From a virus (taxonomy: Duplodnaviria; Caudoviricetes): 57,715 nucleotides of DNA. Location of the stretch: IMG/VR virus record IMGVR_UViG_3300030376_003804, positions 1-57,715 of that record; one strand, given 5' to 3'. Each line of letters starts with the position of its first letter. Position 1 is the stretch's first letter. This document shows, piece after piece, positions 34,835-45,000 of this stretch. Made by a program: the position numbers and the translations under genes. Under the pieces are notes generated by a model. That model saw only the letters and a list, made by a program, of their open reading frames with translations. It was not told the origin of the DNA and ran no database searches.

Positions 34835-34919
34835 GTTTGAAAAAGAAACAAAGAAAGGTAGTAAACTGCCTAAACGAGTTAAGAAAAGAGCAACGAAAAG
34901 AAAAGCAAAGCGCAAATAA
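34770..34919 (+). CDS. 49-aa basic protein (MPFKSQAQRK family)
   Basis: Motif recurrent in phages; GAGG SD; overlaps the upstream tail in another frame. Confidence 0.65.
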   Translation: MPFKSQAQRKYLYKNKPKIARKFEKETKKGSKLPKRVKKRATKRKAKRK

Positions 34920-34949
34920 TATTGGCGAAGACAAAAAAGGTGAAATATT

Positions 34950-35291
34950 ATGAGTATAAAAACTATAACTGTTTCTGGAAATGCTGGATGTTCAGCAGAC
35001 GTATACGTAGCACGCTACGAAGTATACCCTAACGTAGACCCGACTGGTGTATGTGTAGGATTACGCACTGTCTGCAGTCCAAACGGTCTTTCTGGATATT
35101 GGGACACTGTTGTCCCTAACACAGATATCGCAGAGGGTGCAACCCCAGATGATATCGTAGGATTAGCATGGAGTGGCGCAGAAAGTGTTACTGCATTGTC
35201 AGGAACTATTGTTCCGTGGGCAGAGACCGAAATGGTCAAAAGTACAATCATTGGTGAACAATTCGCTAAGATTGAAGAGGATGGTAATTAA
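34950..35291 (+). CDS. Hypothetical protein
   Basis: AGGTGA SD. Confidence 0.65.
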   Translation: MSIKTITVSGNAGCSADVYVARYEVYPNVDPTGVCVGLRTVCSPNGLSGYWDTVVPNTDIAEGATPDDIVGLAWSGAESVTALSGTIVPWAETEMVKSTIIGEQFAKIEEDGN

Positions 35292-35293
35292 AT

Positions 35294-35347
35294 ATGTGTG
35301 AATGTTGTGATTGCAGTTGCGGATGTGACTGCTGCAAAGAGGATTAG
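35294..35347 (+). CDS. 17-aa metallothionein-like peptide MCECCDCSCGCDCCKED
   Basis: 8 Cys in 17 aa; fills the operon gap with 2-nt spacers on both sides. Confidence 0.55.
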   Translation: MCECCDCSCGCDCCKED

Positions 35348-35349
35348 TT

Positions 35350-35493
35350 ATGGCTAAGAAAGATAAAATTGTCAAAAAAGTAATCGAAGAACAAGAAGTT
35401 AAGGAAGAAGTCAAAGAAGAATTTACCATTAAAGTTATTAAAGGGTTTGAGTGGAAAGTCGACAAAGACGGAAAATTATTAGAGAGGTTATAA
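35350..35493 (+). CDS. 47-aa charged protein
   Basis: GAGG SD; operon packing. Confidence 0.55.
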   Translation: MAKKDKIVKKVIEEQEVKEEVKEEFTIKVIKGFEWKVDKDGKLLERL

Positions 35494-35495
35494 GT

Positions 35496-35681
35496 ATGGC
35501 AACAAAAAAGAAAACAACAAAAAAGGCTGAGCCTAAAAAGGTAGCAGCACCAGCTAAAGAGATGGTTAAAGTAATGCGCTTTAACGTCAAAAATGGTGAA
35601 AGATATCCAATGGAAGTTGAGAAGTCAGAAGTTTTGACTCATATCAACGGTGATGTTGGGTTAAAAGATATAGTCCTATAA
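35496..35681 (+). CDS. Small protein with Lys/Ala-rich N-terminus
   Basis: GAGGT SD before ATG 35496. Confidence 0.6.
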   Translation: MATKKKTTKKAEPKKVAAPAKEMVKVMRFNVKNGERYPMEVEKSEVLTHINGDVGLKDIVL

Positions 35682-35770
35682 TGGGTCTATTATCTACACA
35701 ATCACGCTGTAAGTGTAAGGATGATGAACCTTGCACTTGCGGCAAACGAGTTTTAACAAACTTTAAATAG
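35681..35770 (+). CDS. 29-aa CxC...CxC peptide
   Basis: TAATG coupling; CKC...CTC. Confidence 0.4.
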   Translation: MGLLSTQSRCKCKDDEPCTCGKRVLTNFK

Positions 35771-35843
35771 TATTTTTTAAAATTAGAAAAAGGCTTATAT
35801 AGTAGCTCAAACTATAAAATGAAACCGCAATTGGAGTGGTAAA

Positions 35844-37709
35844 ATGTTTAAGAACGAAGTAGCAGAATTTATATATAAAAGAACGTATTCACGTTGGTTA
35901 GAAGAGGAAGGTCGCAGAGAAGATTGGCCTGAAACAATAGAAAGATTAATAGGTTTTTTAATTTCAAAAAGACCAGATATACCAGAAAAAACAATAAACA
36001 AAATCAGAAAGTATATGACAGAGTTTGCAGTTATGCCCTCCATGCGGTTCTTATGGGCTGCTGGTCCAGCTGCTGAATTTGACAATACCTGTATATACAA
36101 CTGTGCTTTTGGGAAGATTAACACCGTCGAGGCTTTCGCCGAGTGTCTATACATACTGATGTGTGGAACGGGGTATGGCTTTTCAGTGGAACAAGAAGAA
36201 GTAGAGAAATTGCCTGAAGTGCCTGAAATAAAAAGTGGCCAAGGTTTGCCTAAAGTTATCATAGAAGATTCTAAGGCAGGCTGGGCTGACTCAGTAAAGA
36301 CACTTATGGGAAGCCTCTATGACGGCCAGAACTTATACTTTGATTACAGTGCTATCAGACTAGAAGGAGCTAGACTCATGACTATGGGTGGACGTGCTTC
36401 AGGTCCAGCACCATTAATCAAGTTGCATGATTTCATACGTGAGACCATGCACAACGCCCAAGGTAGAAAGCTCACAACATTAGAAGCTCACGATATATGT
36501 AATCAAATTGCAGAAATAGTAGTTGTGGGTGGAGTTAGACGCAGCTCACAAATCTCTTTGAGTGACCTTGATGACAAAGACATGCGTCACGCTAAGGAGT
36601 GGCCTTTCCCTATTAAACGTGCTATGGCAAACAATAGTGCGATATTTAGGGAAAAGCCTTCCGCAGCACAATTTTTAAAAGAATGGGCCTCATTAGCTTT
36701 ATCAGGCACTGGAGAAAGGGGTATATTTAACCTCAGTGCTGCACAGAGCAGAGCACCATCGAGACGTTACGCTCCTCTTATCCAAGGGACAAACCCTTGT
36801 GGAGAAATAATGTTACGAGATATGGAATTCTGTAACCTTTCAGAGGTAGTTGTAAGAGAGGACGATGACCTTGATTCATTATTAGACAAGGTAGAGACAG
36901 CAACATGGCTTGGCGTAATACAATCAACCTTTACAGACTTCCCATATCTAAGAAAAGAGTGGAAAAAGAACTGTGACGTAGAACGTCTGTTAGGCGTTAG
37001 TTTGACAGGTCAAATGGATAACCATTCCATATTAACATCGGAGGCCTTAAAAGCGCTTAAATCGCGTGTTTTACGCATATCTCGCAAGGCAGCTAGTATA
37101 TTGGGTATAAATGTACCTGTTGCTACTACTTGTGTGAAGCCATCCGGTACTGTTTCACAGCTTGTTGATTCTGCTTCCGGTGTACATCCAAGATACTCTC
37201 AATACTACATTCGTCGTTACAGGATTGCAGCCCGTGACCCACTGTTTATGATGATGAAAGATGCAGGCATAAAGGCACATCCAGAAAATGGTCAAACAGA
37301 AGAGGACGCCACTACATGGGTACTAGAGTTTCCAGTTAAATCACCAGAAGGTTGTATGACACGTAAAGATGTCTCAGCTCTTGACCAACTGAGCCATTAC
37401 AAAAATTTACAGCATAATTGGTGTGAACACAACGCTAGTATGACTGTGTATGTCAGAGATGATGAATGGTTTGAAGTAGGTAATTGGGTATATAAAAACT
37501 GGGATATTATTAACGGTGTGTCTTTCTTACCATATGATGGCGGTAAGTATGAATTAGCCCCATATGAAGAAATAGATGCCAGAACCTACGAAAGGCTTAT
37601 AAAGAAACTACCCGTAATTGATTATACACAACTCTCCAAATATGAGTTAGAGGACAACACTCAAGGTAAGAGTGAGTTCGCTTGTGTTGGAGATAAGTGT
37701 GAAATCTAA
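35844..37709 (+). CDS. nrdJ: Class II (B12-dependent) ribonucleotide reductase
   Basis: YNC, VV.GGVRRS, TNPCGEI, CNL, VKPSGTVS, C-terminal ACVGDKC; no beta subunit gene nearby. Confidence 0.93.
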   Translation: MFKNEVAEFIYKRTYSRWLEEEGRREDWPETIERLIGFLISKRPDIPEKTINKIRKYMTEFAVMPSMRFLWAAGPAAEFDNTCIYNCAFGKINTVEAFAECLYILMCGTGYGFSVEQEEVEKLPEVPEIKSGQGLPKVIIEDSKAGWADSVKTLMGSLYDGQNLYFDYSAIRLEGARLMTMGGRASGPAPLIKLHDFIRETMHNAQGRKLTTLEAHDICNQIAEIVVVGGVRRSSQISLSDLDDKDMRHAKEWPFPIKRAMANNSAIFREKPSAAQFLKEWASLALSGTGERGIFNLSAAQSRAPSRRYAPLIQGTNPCGEIMLRDMEFCNLSEVVVREDDDLDSLLDKVETATWLGVIQSTFTDFPYLRKEWKKNCDVERLLGVSLTGQMDNHSILTSEALKALKSRVLRISRKAASILGINVPVATTCVKPSGTVSQLVDSASGVHPRYSQYYIRRYRIAARDPLFMMMKDAGIKAHPENGQTEEDATTWVLEFPVKSPEGCMTRKDVSALDQLSHYKNLQHNWCEHNASMTVYVRDDEWFEVGNWVYKNWDIINGVSFLPYDGGKYELAPYEEIDARTYERLIKKLPVIDYTQLSKYELEDNTQGKSEFACVGDKCEI

Positions 37710-37711
37710 AC

Positions 37712-37987
37712 ATGGAATTTGAAAAAGATATTACTGGCTATGGACGCAAGATGGGTAGAGACGCAGGTCTAAATGCAGAAGGTCGTATGGAATCCGTACA
37801 TAAATTAGGTGATGGTGAATATGATGGAATGCAACCATCAGGCACTATAGCTGTGAGAACAATAAACCCCGGCGGTTCAGAAGCATCAGGCGGGCAAGGT
37901 AACCTTGGAGATTACGCACCTACATACGGTCGTGATGATGGTGTTACTGGAAACCCACGTGGTCCACCAAACATGAACACACCTTAA
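37712..37987 (+). CDS. Gly-rich hypothetical protein
   Basis: Follows nrdJ by 2 nt; its stop overlaps the convergent stop. Confidence 0.55.
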   Translation: MEFEKDITGYGRKMGRDAGLNAEGRMESVHKLGDGEYDGMQPSGTIAVRTINPGGSEASGGQGNLGDYAPTYGRDDGVTGNPRGPPNMNTP

Positions 37988-39033
37988 TTATCTTGACGAC
38001 TTATAAACTCAGTTAATGTAGGTGGTTTCTTATTTATGTTAAGTCCTACTGTAAAGGAGTTTGGTCCAAAAGATATTTTCTTTCCACGCACTCTATAATT
38101 ACCAGAAAAACGAGGGTCTTCTGTTTCTACTCTGATAACGTCATTCTCCATTAAATATATTCCATTTGGAGAACTAATACTATATTCATATTGAGTAGTC
38201 AAATTAGCCCTAAATATTTTCTGTGCAAAGTCTTTACATTCTGCTGGAGATTTTAAATTGTTATTGCTAATTTCTAAAAAGTTTTTATCAAGAGCATCTA
38301 TAGCACTCTCATGTTCAAACTTACCAGATACACCATCTCCATTAACAATTATTATAGTTGGTGTTTTTTTATTAACAATACGCAAATCACTTATGTTTGA
38401 ATATTCATTAAATACATATTTAATATCTGCACTATCTAAATCTTCTTCTAATTCTATACTCAGCTGAGAAGTAGTACCATTATCTATAATTTTAATAATA
38501 TTGCTGCGTGGTATACTTCCTGTATCGTCAACTGCTCTTCCCATCAATTCTTCTATTATATCTTTTAATCCTAACGTACCTCTTAATGGTGGTCGTGATG
38601 AGGACACCAATGGTGCAGTATCTCCTATGTAGTCTGTATTTATTTTACTATCTAGATTAGCTAGTTTTATTGCTTTCCTGATAGCGTTTCCTATAGTTAA
38701 TCCATCTATATTTTCTCTATCAGTAAGTGATATTACTGCTTTTTGGCTATCTCCACCCAAAACCATATATCCAATTACATCTTGAGCATACAAAGTTATA
38801 TCATTGAAATCTTCTTTCATACGTTTAACATAACCTCTAAATATAGGTTTGTTATCATATTTGTTAGCATATAGTGTTATTTCTTTATTCCAATATTTTT
38901 TAAAACCACCATAGGTTGATGGTAGTGTAAACTCTAAAGTAGCAGCAGTAAATCCTCCTGTATTGGTGTACGCACCTCGTGTAAACGGAACTACTCTCCC
39001 CTCTATTCTAATCTCAGGAATAATCTCGGTCAC
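37984..39033 (-). CDS. Baseplate hub/tail-tip protein candidate
   Basis: Last gene of the tail operon; IFRGYV...LYAQD and DVIRVE...GNYRV patterns of gp27/gpD-like hubs. Confidence 0.6.
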   Translation of the reverse strand: MTEIIPEIRIEGRVVPFTRGAYTNTGGFTAATLEFTLPSTYGGFKKYWNKEITLYANKYDNKPIFRGYVKRMKEDFNDITLYAQDVIGYMVLGGDSQKAVISLTDRENIDGLTIGNAIRKAIKLANLDSKINTDYIGDTAPLVSSSRPPLRGTLGLKDIIEELMGRAVDDTGSIPRSNIIKIIDNGTTSQLSIELEEDLDSADIKYVFNEYSNISDLRIVNKKTPTIIIVNGDGVSGKFEHESAIDALDKNFLEISNNNLKSPAECKDFAQKIFRANLTTQYEYSISSPNGIYLMENDVIRVETEDPRFSGNYRVRGKKISFGPNSFTVGLNINKKPPTLTEFISRQDN

Positions 39034-42000
39034 TCTTTATTCCCCCTAATGCAAATCTATCTGTCATTAGTTTACCATCAACATCTATAAGGGCAATATC
39101 TTTTACTATCATATTACAAGTATAGGAAACTACTGCTTGTGGACCACCAAGTCCACGAGTTTCATTCAAATTAGCAATGACACCCCACAATCTTATAAAC
39201 GTACCATCCTTTTGTGGTTCGTCCCAATAGACTCCTACTCCTTCTTCTTGTAACTTTCTTATCTTGTGTAGGTGTCCATATAATGTAGATGGTCCATGGT
39301 CTGCAAAAGCAGTAGAACTTTTTTCATCTCCTAAAGCTTTACTACTGAAACCTATTTGTTCTAAACCTACACCAGTTTTAGCTATAAAAGTTTTACCCTT
39401 TCTTGTTATAGCTCTATAATATATACCACTTCTACTCATGGCAACGTCACTAGTTATTGGTAGTGAGTTCAGATTGTAAGCAGAATCATCTATAGATTTA
39501 ATTATTGTAGTATCTGCTGATGTAGCATCAAACACATTCCATATTTCTGGACATGGAGTGCTTGCAGAGCTACCAGCATTAGTTGTACCACTTAAAGTTA
39601 TCTTCAATACAAACTTATCATTTTGTGCCCATGAAGAACCTGTAAATATAGCATCACGTAAATTATATTGGTTTGGGAACCAAACATTTGCTGCTGAACC
39701 ACCATTATTTTTATAGTATTGTGATTGTGCAGGCATCAGTTTAGCAGCGTTTAAGTTAGCTATACCCGGACCAGCACCACCATCTTGGAATACTTTAGGC
39801 GTACCACTAACTACATCATATATATTTATTCTTCTTACAGCACCAGTTATAAGACCATTGGGTATTACTAAATTAGGATTACTAGAGGACGTACCTGTAG
39901 TACCTATATTAAGAATCATTACACCGTTACCGGTAGTTGAATCAAATCCGTTAGAACCACCGCTAGCTATCCAATTCATAGAACCAGATGCAGTACCAGC
40001 AGTAACTATAAAAGCATACTTATAAGCACCTATATCGTCATCAGAACCTATCGTTTGCATAGCAGTCTTGTCTGAGGCAGCATTAAGTACTACTCTAACT
40101 AACCCATCACTATACCCAGTCCCTCCAGCAATATTAGTTGCGGCACCAGTAATTATCACATCATCTTGACCAGCAGCAATGCAGGCACTATGAGTACCAC
40201 TAGCAGTATTATATTTACCACCACACAATTTTGCTATAGAAGTTGCTTGCCAATCTAAAGGCATATCAAAACTAATGTATCCAGATTTAGCAAAAGAAGT
40301 TTCAAATGTATCATATTTTTTATTAGAGGTACTTCTTTCTCTAGTTATTTTAGTAGTGTCAACAAAATCGACAGACTTCCAATATGCATTTTGTTGTTTA
40401 GTTCCCGCATCATCTATATGCAGATATTCAACTCCTGCTATCTTTAAACCAGCAGTGCTAGCATAACCAGACAAATCAGACATCAATCCATTAGCATAAT
40501 TAGTTGCATTGAAAAATATTTTATTTGTCTTACTATCAAAAGGTAGCAATATATATTCGGCAGGTTGTGTATCAATAGCTACACCTTTAATATCTTTAAG
40601 AGTAGTGGTGTTTACTGAATCTAATTTAAAAACATTACCACTGCCGTTATTTAACATAGCTGAACTATAATCTGTCACAGGAGTCTCACTAGCAGTTTCT
40701 GCAGTAGTCCAACTAGGAGCCTGTCTAACTCTTAATACTTCCGGTTGATTACTATTAATTAAACTACCAGACGTAGAGGATGCTTCAACTGAGGTTCTTG
40801 TACAATAATATTGTTCATAAAACCTACCATAATCATCAAGCGCTACTGAGTCTTCCCTTATGTTGCCAGAAGTGGTACCTGTAATGTACCAAGTAAATGC
40901 AGTAGCTCCCCCAGCACCAAACAGTGCAGAAGCTGATTGATTATTAAGACCTATAGGATTAGTTAAGTAAGAGTAATATTGAGCTGTTGTAGGGGAGGTC
41001 TGTTTAGTACCTGTGCCTAGTGTCTTAGTATCGCCTGATACTGTCTCTAAATCCCATTGGTTTACAGGGCTTAACCAACCTTTACCATTGTCATATCTAT
41101 AATTAGAGATAGTCTTATTAGATGCAGCAGCCCTACTTTGTCCCATGTCTAGCACACTATAACGCTCTATGTCTCTTGCAGTTTTAACTGGAGACCCAGC
41201 ACTAACGTAACTTATAGGATAATATTTGCCATCCCTAGCTTTGGTAACCAAAAATATTTTTAATCTATTAAATATCTCATTAGTAGTATAGTCAGTTTCT
41301 AGAGCTGTAGCTGTAGTACCAGTTGCTTTACAACTTAAAAATTTAAACTTTAATATTTGTGAAAATAAACCTATTTCATCTTCATTATCTGCTCCATAAA
41401 AATCATACAATCCATATTGGTTAGCGGCGGTGGTAAGATTTATATCAAATTCGAATGTTTTTAATTTAGCGTAAGAAGATACATTGAACTGTGCTTCATC
41501 ATCATCTGTACTAGCAGTAGTCAAAGTATTTGCATAAGCTATACCTTCAACTGAGAGAGTGACTTGTTTAATAGTTCCCGTTAACTCAGGTCGAGATACG
41601 GTAGGAGCTATAGCAATGTACAATCTTTTAGGCCCTTCAACTTCCATAATACTATTATCTATACCAGAATTGTTAGAGGTATTTTCTACTTTCATTATAG
41701 CACTAGGGGCTATATCAGATATACGTGCGACTGCTATACCTGAGTTAGAACTATATGGAACAACATCTGTGTTACTAGCAGGACGACTATAATATCTTGA
41801 CACGAAACCGTCTGAATTAATTGTTTGTATTAGTGGGTTAAAATCTCCTGCTTTATTATATGTATGTTTTACTGTTATACTTTTTTTAGGTTCTGTTAAT
41901 TGAACCCATTGATAATTTGCTTCATCTTTTTTATTACTAGCCCCATCATCCCAATCAATATACACTGCTCTTACATCACCATTATCGAATGTAAGAGTTG

Positions 42001-42064
42001 CAGTCTTCTCAGTGTTTACTGAACTAGTAGAGGGGTCATTACTATCTTCCCATGTTAAGCTCAT
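39014..42064 (-). CDS. Large tail protein with N-terminal PKD-like domain
   Basis: IDWDDG...HTY.KAG.F; Thr/Ser/Gly-rich; ATGA overlap favours a start at 42064. Confidence 0.7.
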   Translation of the reverse strand: MSLTWEDSNDPSTSSVNTEKTATLTFDNGDVRAVYIDWDDGASNKKDEANYQWVQLTEPKKSITVKHTYNKAGDFNPLIQTINSDGFVSRYYSRPASNTDVVPYSSNSGIAVARISDIAPSAIMKVENTSNNSGIDNSIMEVEGPKRLYIAIAPTVSRPELTGTIKQVTLSVEGIAYANTLTTASTDDDEAQFNVSSYAKLKTFEFDINLTTAANQYGLYDFYGADNEDEIGLFSQILKFKFLSCKATGTTATALETDYTTNEIFNRLKIFLVTKARDGKYYPISYVSAGSPVKTARDIERYSVLDMGQSRAAASNKTISNYRYDNGKGWLSPVNQWDLETVSGDTKTLGTGTKQTSPTTAQYYSYLTNPIGLNNQSASALFGAGGATAFTWYITGTTSGNIREDSVALDDYGRFYEQYYCTRTSVEASSTSGSLINSNQPEVLRVRQAPSWTTAETASETPVTDYSSAMLNNGSGNVFKLDSVNTTTLKDIKGVAIDTQPAEYILLPFDSKTNKIFFNATNYANGLMSDLSGYASTAGLKIAGVEYLHIDDAGTKQQNAYWKSVDFVDTTKITRERSTSNKKYDTFETSFAKSGYISFDMPLDWQATSIAKLCGGKYNTASGTHSACIAAGQDDVIITGAATNIAGGTGYSDGLVRVVLNAASDKTAMQTIGSDDDIGAYKYAFIVTAGTASGSMNWIASGGSNGFDSTTGNGVMILNIGTTGTSSSNPNLVIPNGLITGAVRRINIYDVVSGTPKVFQDGGAGPGIANLNAAKLMPAQSQYYKNNGGSAANVWFPNQYNLRDAIFTGSSWAQNDKFVLKITLSGTTNAGSSASTPCPEIWNVFDATSADTTIIKSIDDSAYNLNSLPITSDVAMSRSGIYYRAITRKGKTFIAKTGVGLEQIGFSSKALGDEKSSTAFADHGPSTLYGHLHKIRKLQEEGVGVYWDEPQKDGTFIRLWGVIANLNETRGLGGPQAVVSYTCNMIVKDIALIDVDGKLMTDRFALGGIKSDRDYS

Positions 42065-45000
42065 ATTGGCGTTGTCCTCCATGATATATTTTTACTAGAG
42101 CCGACTTCTCTGTAAGTCTTTCCTCTAATGTTATGATAATCAAATACAAATAATTTAGCTGACCATGTATTAATTGATGATGATGTTAAATCATCTAAGT
42201 CTGCCGTATTATATATGTATTCATTACCGTTAGCAACAATGTATTGTTTGTCCCAAAGCACAAACTCTTCTATTCTACCTTGGAAATAATTTGTACCACC
42301 CGGTAGTGATGCTGTATAATATCCTAAATCAAAGTTATCTGTGCTAGTTGACTGAGACACTGCGTCTGTTACATATCCATCTAATGTTCCATCGACAAAC
42401 AATTGTAAATCAGGACCAGCTTCACTTTGATATTTATATGTTACTATAATTGAATATACTGTTTTACCATCACATCTTATTACTGTACTACCTGTTGCAG
42501 TACTACTTTGACTACCGTTGCTGTGTTGGAATTCTATGATATCGCTACTATTTTTTCGTAATGCAATAAGATGATTAAACACACCCTGTCCTAAGACTAT
42601 GGTATTAGAACCCTTTTCAGAACTATCAAATGTTACATGGACAGACATAGTATACTCAGTTAAATCTTTAAAGGCATTATTATCACCATTTGCGATTTGA
42701 ATAGATTGAGTACCTGCAGAGTTACCACTTATCTTTGGAGAATATCCTTGTACACCATCTATAAAGCTTCTTACATTAGCACCAACTGTAGCAGTGCCAC
42801 TTGTATTAGCTATTTGATTGTACCAATTTATAGTTGGCTTAGTTGTCAATGTAGTTGGTTCTTCATTACAAGGAATCCACAATTTAGCATTTTGATATTT
42901 GTTTTCGATTGTACCATTATTATCTATAAAAATTATCTGATACCATATATCATCATCTTCCATATCCCATTTAAATTTAACAGCATTCAAGTTTTCAGTT
43001 CCTAAATCATACAAGTTGGTATTACCATCAAGTATGCTATACGCTGGTTCAACTGAGAAGCTATTAACAAATGGAGTATCGTCTATATATTCGAAAATGT
43101 AAGTCGGTTTGAATTGGTCTGTGTTAGTAGAAGAATATTCATCTCCTATTAATTTTACATTGGTTGGATAGTTTGAGGGTATTTGTCTTAATAAAAGATT
43201 GTAAGTACCCCTCTCTTGTACACTTCTATCTACTAGTAAAGAACCAATATCCATATAATTGTAAGTGTCAATTGCTGGAGTACAGTAACTTAAATAACCA
43301 CCCGTTTTAGTTTCAACATTGTAAGCACCATAACCAAAGTCTTGTTTTAATATCATGGCACTTTCTGAATCTGGGTCAAATAAAAATTGCCACGCATTTT
43401 CGTATGGAGCAGACAAACCAACACTACCTGTATTAGAGTTTTTCCACGTATAAACTGCTTCATTATAAGTAGTGCCTGTAATACTAGATGGTGATGCGCT
43501 AGCACCAGACATATTATTGTTGACTAATGTAACTCCTGTGTATGTTCTAGGTTTATAATCTTGGTCACCTTTAGTATTTAAATTAATCCAGTATTTGTAA
43601 GGCGATAAGTATAAGTATGGTAACATAGTTTCTTGCCCTATTGGTTGTGTTGTACTTCCCGAAACTACACTTTCATTAAAAGTAACTACATTGTTTTCGT
43701 CAACACTAGACACACCATCTCTTAACGTCAATATTCTATAATATGCAGTACTGACAGGAAAACCAACTATAAATAAAATATATTGTTCATCTTTATTATA
43801 CGGATTCAAAACTGTAGGGTCTGCTATTTGTAACTGATTACTATTTAAGGAGTTACCACCACGTGCAACATCTGTAACTTTAGTAGAGCATAATATATTT
43901 TCTCGTTTACCCCAATTAGCATATGCGTCAGATGTAGCATTACCTGCATTAGATATGTTTATGTTTACAAAACCCTTCTGTGTAAAACCGTCAGTAGATA
44001 AAAAGTTATTATTAGAACCAGTACCGACACACACTTTAGTAGCTACATCTTTACCACCAGTAACTGCATATTGATTGTTACCAACAGCAGGGTCAAAGTA
44101 GTGTGTACCTACAGTACCACTAGCGTATGTACTTCCGCTCATTTCTACACCTAATCTATCGTTCTGTAGTCCACCAGCATAATTACCATCAGATAAACTT
44201 ATTGTTGCCCCACTATATAAATCAGGCACTATATTTTCTAACTGACTAAAAGATGTAGTATAAAAATCACTTAATAAAAGGTAACCTCTACGCGCCGTAG
44301 AAGAACCACTAATTGGTAAATCTAATTTACTGTCAAATCCAACACTAAAATAAGATGCAGGAGAATAGCTTCTAATTGTTGTGTTAGCTGCAGTTGCACT
44401 CTGAGCAACTCCAGTATTAAAAGATGTTATATCATAAGTACTGTCCTCTATAAATGTTATAGGACTATCTGCATTTTCCCCCTGCGGAAATTGAAGAGGA
44501 GCAGGCATTTGTCCTTTAGCTGTAGTACTTGCTAAAGTTTTATAAAAATCAACAGCTTGAAAATTATCCACATAAACCTCTGCTTCAATAGCAGAACCAG
44601 AAGCAGTATCAATAATATCATTATCACCAAAAGCAAACTGAGCTTCTGCACTGCTTACAAATCTATAATTTTGAACCCAAATAATCATGTGTTTTGGGTA
44701 CTTTGGAGTTATATTGTCAGTAGTTACGAACCTATCTGAGAAGGAAAAAGATGGAGTATCTCCACCAGTAGCATCACCACTTCCTCCACCAGTGGTATTA
44801 CCACCAGAGATAGAGAAATTTAAATCTAAGAAAGGCATGTCAGTATATAAATCTTCACTATCAGAATCTTGATTTATGGTATCTGTTTCAAACACACAAC
44901 GCATACCTACACCCTGAGTACTGGTAGGAAAAGAAGAATATGGGTTTCTACTACTGATGTTAGAGCCTTGTCTAGCTGAAGCATCGACATAAAACTTCAT

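Noticed and set aside
28434-37709. Inteins or introns in polB, primase or nrdJ
   Set aside because: Proteins are of normal or short length with contiguous motifs and no intein splice signatures.
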